Assembly: GCA_001179505.1 (NCBI GenBank)
Contig: CDMY01000643.1
Span: 1 to 37,443, forward strand
Length of the DNA: 37,443 nt
Source of the DNA: Vitrella brassicaformis CCMP3155
Lineage: Eukaryota; Protista; Chromerida
Direction: 5' to 3'
In this document: one piece after another, positions 32,952 through 37,443 of the stretch
How positions within the stretch are numbered: position 1 is the first letter of the stretch
Layout of the letters: the number at the start of each line of letters is the position of its first letter
Notes under the pieces: generated by a model
Seen by the model: the letters and a program-made list of their open reading frames with translations, nothing else
Told to the model about the DNA's origin: nothing
The model's database searches: none
Made by a program: the position numbers and the translations under genes

Positions 32952-35550
32952 TCACTTACCTCCAGCCGTCCCGCGCTGAGCCGTCACCTGCACACTCCTT
33001 TCCCACGTCGTGATGTCCCACGCGATGCGGAAACAGCTCATCGTGCGTGTGGGGAACAGCGCCGCCATGCGATCTGCGAAATGAGCCCTATCCGCCGCAT
33101 CCGCATGGCCGAAGACCCTCAGGCCCAGCTGCTTCAGGCCGCGGATCTTGAGACACGATGCCAGGCTCGCGTGCACAAAAAGGGCGGCAGTCGCCACATC
33201 CGGCACTGCACACAGACACACGCACAGGTAGGGACGGAGGAGGTCACATGTGGAATGTGCGTCAGTGTGCTTACTCGACTCACCGGTAAGGAAGACGGAC
33301 ATCTGTTCAATGCGGGGGACGGCCTCAGGGCTGTCGCCCCACGGCAACCTTCCCCCTTCCCCGCTGACCTTGACGTCCACCTTCTCCATCGACTTCTCCC
33401 CGCCGATCACGTGCAACAGCGCGCCAACATCACTCGCCGGCACATGCTCCTGCGCGAAGGACCGAACGATGCTCGAAACGCCCTTGATCTTCCCTGCCGC
33501 CAACAATTGCCGCGCGGCCTCGTGAGCGACCCGGTCCATTGGCCGGAGCTCGTCCAGTGTCTCAGGGAACGCATCATCGGGCAGGTGCGTCAGCGGCGAC
33601 CACAGCGCACTGGACGCAGCGGGCACCGGGGCATCCACGGCATCGCCCACAGCACAGATGCGCAGGGAGACGGCGTTCGAGAACCGCAGCTTGGCGGCGA
33701 GTTCCTTGGCCGTCTCGCTGATGTCCGTGGGGGCGATGAGGTGGTCGGTAGGAGGCGACCACACGACGGCCTCGGCCAGCCTGGCGAGATGCTGGATCTT
33801 GTCTTTGACGAACCTTGATGAGAGGGAGGGGGCGGAACAGTCGCGGAGGAGCTCCAGATTGAATGTGTGCACTCTCGACACCGGGCCCATGTCGAAGCGC
33901 GCTGTGCGTGTCGTAACCCCAGATCTCCTGACTCGGTCGATGGCGTTGAGGGAGGCGACCGTGTCCTCGCCGATGGATGAGGTCGTCCTGTCGCTGAAAC
34001 AGAACCCAACGCACTCCAGCGATCGGCACCCACCGGCAGCAAGCACTCCCTGAATGAACAGCCAGACAAGGGGCAGCACAAACGAAACAACCACCATGCA
34101 GGCACGTTTCTCCCCACCCATCCTCCCATCTCGTCGCACCTACCTGCAAGTTGTCGAGGTCCCGCCCGAATGTCGCATCGCCCCGCACCGCTACAGTGCC
34201 GATTCGCTTCAAGTGCGCCAACCGCCCACCGTTGAGGATACCGGCCCACTTGGCTGGTCTGATGCGGCCCAGATCGAGGCTCTCCAGACACTCGGACGTC
34301 TTGATGAAGTCGCACGTGAAGATTTCACCAACGAGGTCCCCCTGCACCTGCCGCAGCGATGGCATCTGCCAGCTGTGGGTGTCGAACACGACACAGTGGC
34401 TGTTGTGCAGCCCGCTGAGCGACGTGAGGGCGTGCAGCACGGGAGGGAGGGCGGTGGGCTCGGGGGTGCTGAAACCGGGCGGGGCGGGCAGCCGCGGTGG
34501 TAGGCAGCGAGCATTGCCATCCTGTGGCGCATTGACGAAGCTGATGGACTCCAGCGTCCCCTCCTCCTTGGGTGGCTGTCTGCCCTCTCTCTCCGCCTCG
34601 GCCCGCCTGGTCGCGTATAGCTCCATCCGCACCTTGGCGTGGCCGCCGACCATCTCGGCCAACACGGACGAGCACCAGTCGGGGTGGAACGGCGGATGGC
34701 GGACGGCGATGGTCTTGAGGTGTGGCATCCGTGCGCCCCACTCGAAGGCCACCGCCAGGGGCATCCGGCTCCACATGCGGCGGACCGATGGCTCCGAGCT
34801 GACGATCTCGATGTGTCTGTACTGCTTGGCCGCCTGCAGGAAGACCTTGTTGCCGATGGCCAGCCGGATGTTGCTGAGCTCCCATGGCTGCAGGTGGCCG
34901 AAGAGGTGCGACAGCTCTTCTCGCGACATGCGGAGTGCGGCTGGTCCCTCAAAGGTGGGCTGCTTGCCGCTCTCACGCACCAGGCAGAACAAGGCGCCCT
35001 CCTTCTCACGACGCTGAGACGCAATTGACACGCAGACAAGAGCAATAGTGGAAAGCCATCCCTGAGGCTCTCCCTCCTCTGTGGTGCCTACTCGGTCATC
35101 GAGTGTCTTGGTGAGGTCTGAGGCTGTCGACAAGGCCGCACTCGTTTGTGTCAGAGCATCGGCCGCTGCGGTCATGGCGGCCGCCAGTTGTCGTTGGAGC
35201 CCCACGGCCACAGAGGAACACGTCTGGACACACCAACCAACACATGCCACGCGTTGACACAGCCTGTGAGGTCGGCCAGTCTGTCTGTCTGTCTGTCTGT
35301 CTGAGTGTCTGTGTGTGTGAATGTGGGTGGCGTACCTGTCGTGCAATGCCCGCTGGGTCCATCTGCTGCACATGGACCAGCTGCTCTCCGACCTGACACA
35401 GCACGAAGCCACCAAGTAAACAAAACCATGATTTTGACTCTGCGCGAAGGCCGTTTTCCTCGTCACCTTGGTCTGAAGCTCGAAGAGCCTTGCGAGATGC
35501 TCGTCCAGAGCTGGACGTTGGCTTTGCCTGGCCTGAAACGACACAACCAT
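32952..35550 (-). CDS. Gene D: helical N-terminus + degenerate F-box-like + LRR-like protein
   Basis: MVVSFQARQSQRPALDEHLARLFELQTK, LQRQLAAAMTAAADALTQTSAAL, LRMSREELSHLFGHLQPWELSNIR, QYRHIEIVS...RRMWSRMP, EWGARMPHLKTIAV, SWQMPSLRQV, ECLESLDL, GCRSLECVGF; stop at 32952. Confidence 0.8.
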
Positions 35551-35682
35551 GTCTCACAGCATGCAGAGCATCATCTAATGACCGCTGTTTGGCTTACTTG
35601 CTGAGTCATGATACGGTGATCCGATGAGGCTAACAGAACGTTGCCAGTAAAAGAACTTGAAGCTTTTTTCCGCCGCTTGCGG

Positions 35683-36113
35683 GCTCAGCTCCCAGACGGA
35701 GCTCGCAATCATTCGAATCCCGAATCACGGCCCAGGAAGCGCAATCACTGCCCCTGCACTCTGTTCTTCTAGCGCCCTGCGAGATCTGCCCAAAACGCTG
35801 GTTTCAACCGACTCGATCCAGCACTGGACGCATCAGGCCTGCATGTCTTGAGCCTGTCTCCCCTCAACGAAGCACCCCTGACGTCAGCAATGGTCGCGAG
35901 CTCAGCTCCCAGACGGAGCTCGCAATCATTCGAATCCCGAATCACGGCCCGGGAAGCGCAATCACTGCCCCTGCACTCTGTTCTTCTAGCGCCCTGCGAG
36001 ATCTGCCCAAAACGCTGGTTTCAACCGACTCGATCCAGCACTGGACGCATCAGGCCTGCATGTCTTGAGCCTGTCTCCCCTCAACGAAACACCCCTGACG
36101 TCAGCAATGGTCG
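35683..36113 (+). repeat. Near-perfect tandem duplication: two 214-bp copies (35683-35896, 35900-36113; period 217) covering the promoter and start codon of the RCC1-repeat gene
   Basis: Copies differ at two positions found by eye (cccagg/cccggg, aagcac/aaacac); both end ...tgacgtcagcaATGgtcg. Confidence 0.97.
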
Positions 36114-37443
36114 GCGGCATCATCGAGAGCTGCGTGTGCAAGGCCTTGTGGTGGGTGTTTGGCAAAGCCGCGGTGCACGGTGGCGCCGGTTCCGTCGTCC
36201 ACGCAACATGCCACATCGCCCTCCTCCACCAACGCCGCACCAGCGTGACCACCTGTGCCCTCGTTGTCGGGGCTACTGTGGGGGCCGCAGTGGTCACATT
36301 CGAGACGTTGAAGGTGGGTCATCTCCAGGGGAGGGATATGGAAGGATTGGTGATGTGGGTTTGCGTGTGTATGTCAGAAGCGGGTCATCAAGGCGGCAAG
36401 ATCTTTGTTCCGCCACCAGGCCTACGACGCCCCTCCCAGCCCTCCTCGCAAGGCCGGGGTGTCAACGCCCTTCATCAACGACGTCATCAACATCTCAGAG
36501 CGTCACGAAGTGACGATCGGGATGAGTGTGCCGATTGGCAACGTGTATGCCCACGGCGCTGGTGAGGGAGAGAAGGAGGGAAAGGAAAAGGGGGAATGCC
36601 TACTGACTGCGGTTTGTGTTTGTGTGTGCAGCCTGGACGGGGGCCCTCGGCTACAACACGCAGGTTGACCGCAAGAAGCCCCGACTCATCAGGGTACGTA
36701 CCTGCGCCGGTGTTTTCCCGTCCGTGAACTCGGCTTGTTACAGTCTGTCTGTGTCTGTGTCTGTGTCCGTCAGGAGCTCACCAACAAGGGCATCCGCGAC
36801 ATCTCGGCGGGCGGCACACACTGCGCGGCTCTCAACAACCATGGCGCCATCTACACATGGGGTACACAGACGCCAACGCCGATATGCAGTGAGTATGCAT
36901 CTGGCTGGCCGGTCTTTTTCTTTCTGTCAGGTAGCGGCGACGAGTACGCCCTCGGCCGAGATGGACTGGACTACCTGCCACGTGAGCGACAAAGACTGAA
37001 CCACGCACAAACACAGCCAATGTACGCGTATTCGTCATTCACTGTGTGTGTGTGTGTCTGTGTGCGTGTGTGTCTGCGTGTGTGCAGTCGTGGTGACGAA
37101 GATGCCCGCTCCAGCATCCAAGGTGAGCACGCCGCCCGGCACACATACTTACTGAGGCAGTCACTCACCCACCCACCCGTCGTGTGTCCATCGGTGCCTC
37201 CATCCCTCCACCATCCCTGTGTGCGTGTTTCCGCGTAGGTCATCTGCGGCGAATGTCACACTGTGGCAGTGACACACAGCGGCCAGGTGTACATCTGGGG
37301 AAAATACCGAGTAAGTCGGAGGGACACACGCGCACGCACTCAGACACTCACACAGACACACGAGAATCCATGATGGTGTGTATGTCTGTGTGGTGTCAGC
37401 TCGACGACTTCCCCAACGATGTGGCTCGCGGCGAGATCCTCGT
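36107..37443 (+). CDS. RCC1-repeat (beta-propeller) protein with a hydrophobic N-terminal segment; truncated by the window end
   Basis: Spliced GNVYAHGAAWTGALGY, IRDISAGGTHCAALNNHGAIYTWGSGDEYALGR, VICGECHTVAVTHSGQVYIWG match the RCC1 repeat pattern (IxxIxAGxxHxxALxxxGxVYxWG.G..gxLG). The ATG 36107 start and exon 1 are inferred. Confidence 0.88.

Noticed and set aside
35681-35734. tRNA gene
   Set aside because: Only 54 nt, no anticodon arm and no 7-bp acceptor stem; kept only as a low-interest structural note.
35878-35885. TGACGTCA (CRE-like palindrome) as a general promoter motif
   Set aside because: Found upstream of only one gene (twice, because of the duplication), and also in coding (~4045) and intronic (~21581) positions.

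Overview
A GC-rich, intron-dense eukaryotic window: short GT-AG introns, mostly about 60-120 nt, filled with (GT)n, (CAGA)n and (GATG)n microsatellites. The style suggests a chromerid alveolate such as Vitrella; this is inference, not a database match. Gene order from the start: a partial poly-His/Gln gene (-); a divergent PheA/TfdB-type FAD monooxygenase with altered FAD motifs (-); a very long coiled-coil gene (+); DPM3 (-); an ASH2/Bre2-like SPRY COMPASS subunit (+); a head-to-head pair of paralogous coiled-coil/F-box-like/LRR-like genes (-/+) plus an ambiguous orphan micro-gene, together enclosed by two ~390-bp direct repeats 9,273 bp apart; a mitochondrial FAD-linked D-lactate dehydrogenase (+); two more coiled-coil/F-box/LRR-like genes (+/-); and an RCC1-repeat gene (+, truncated by the window end) whose promoter and start codon are tandemly duplicated (217-bp period). 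Eight genes form four head-to-head pairs with short shared promoters that repeatedly contain AGATCT. The best candidate for an undescribed system is the four-member helical-bundle/F-box/LRR-like family, two members of which form a repeat-flanked, potentially excisable inverted pair. All exon models were traced by eye, so boundaries not stated explicitly are approximate. No transposase, reverse transcriptase, CRISPR array, rRNA or convincing tRNA was seen.
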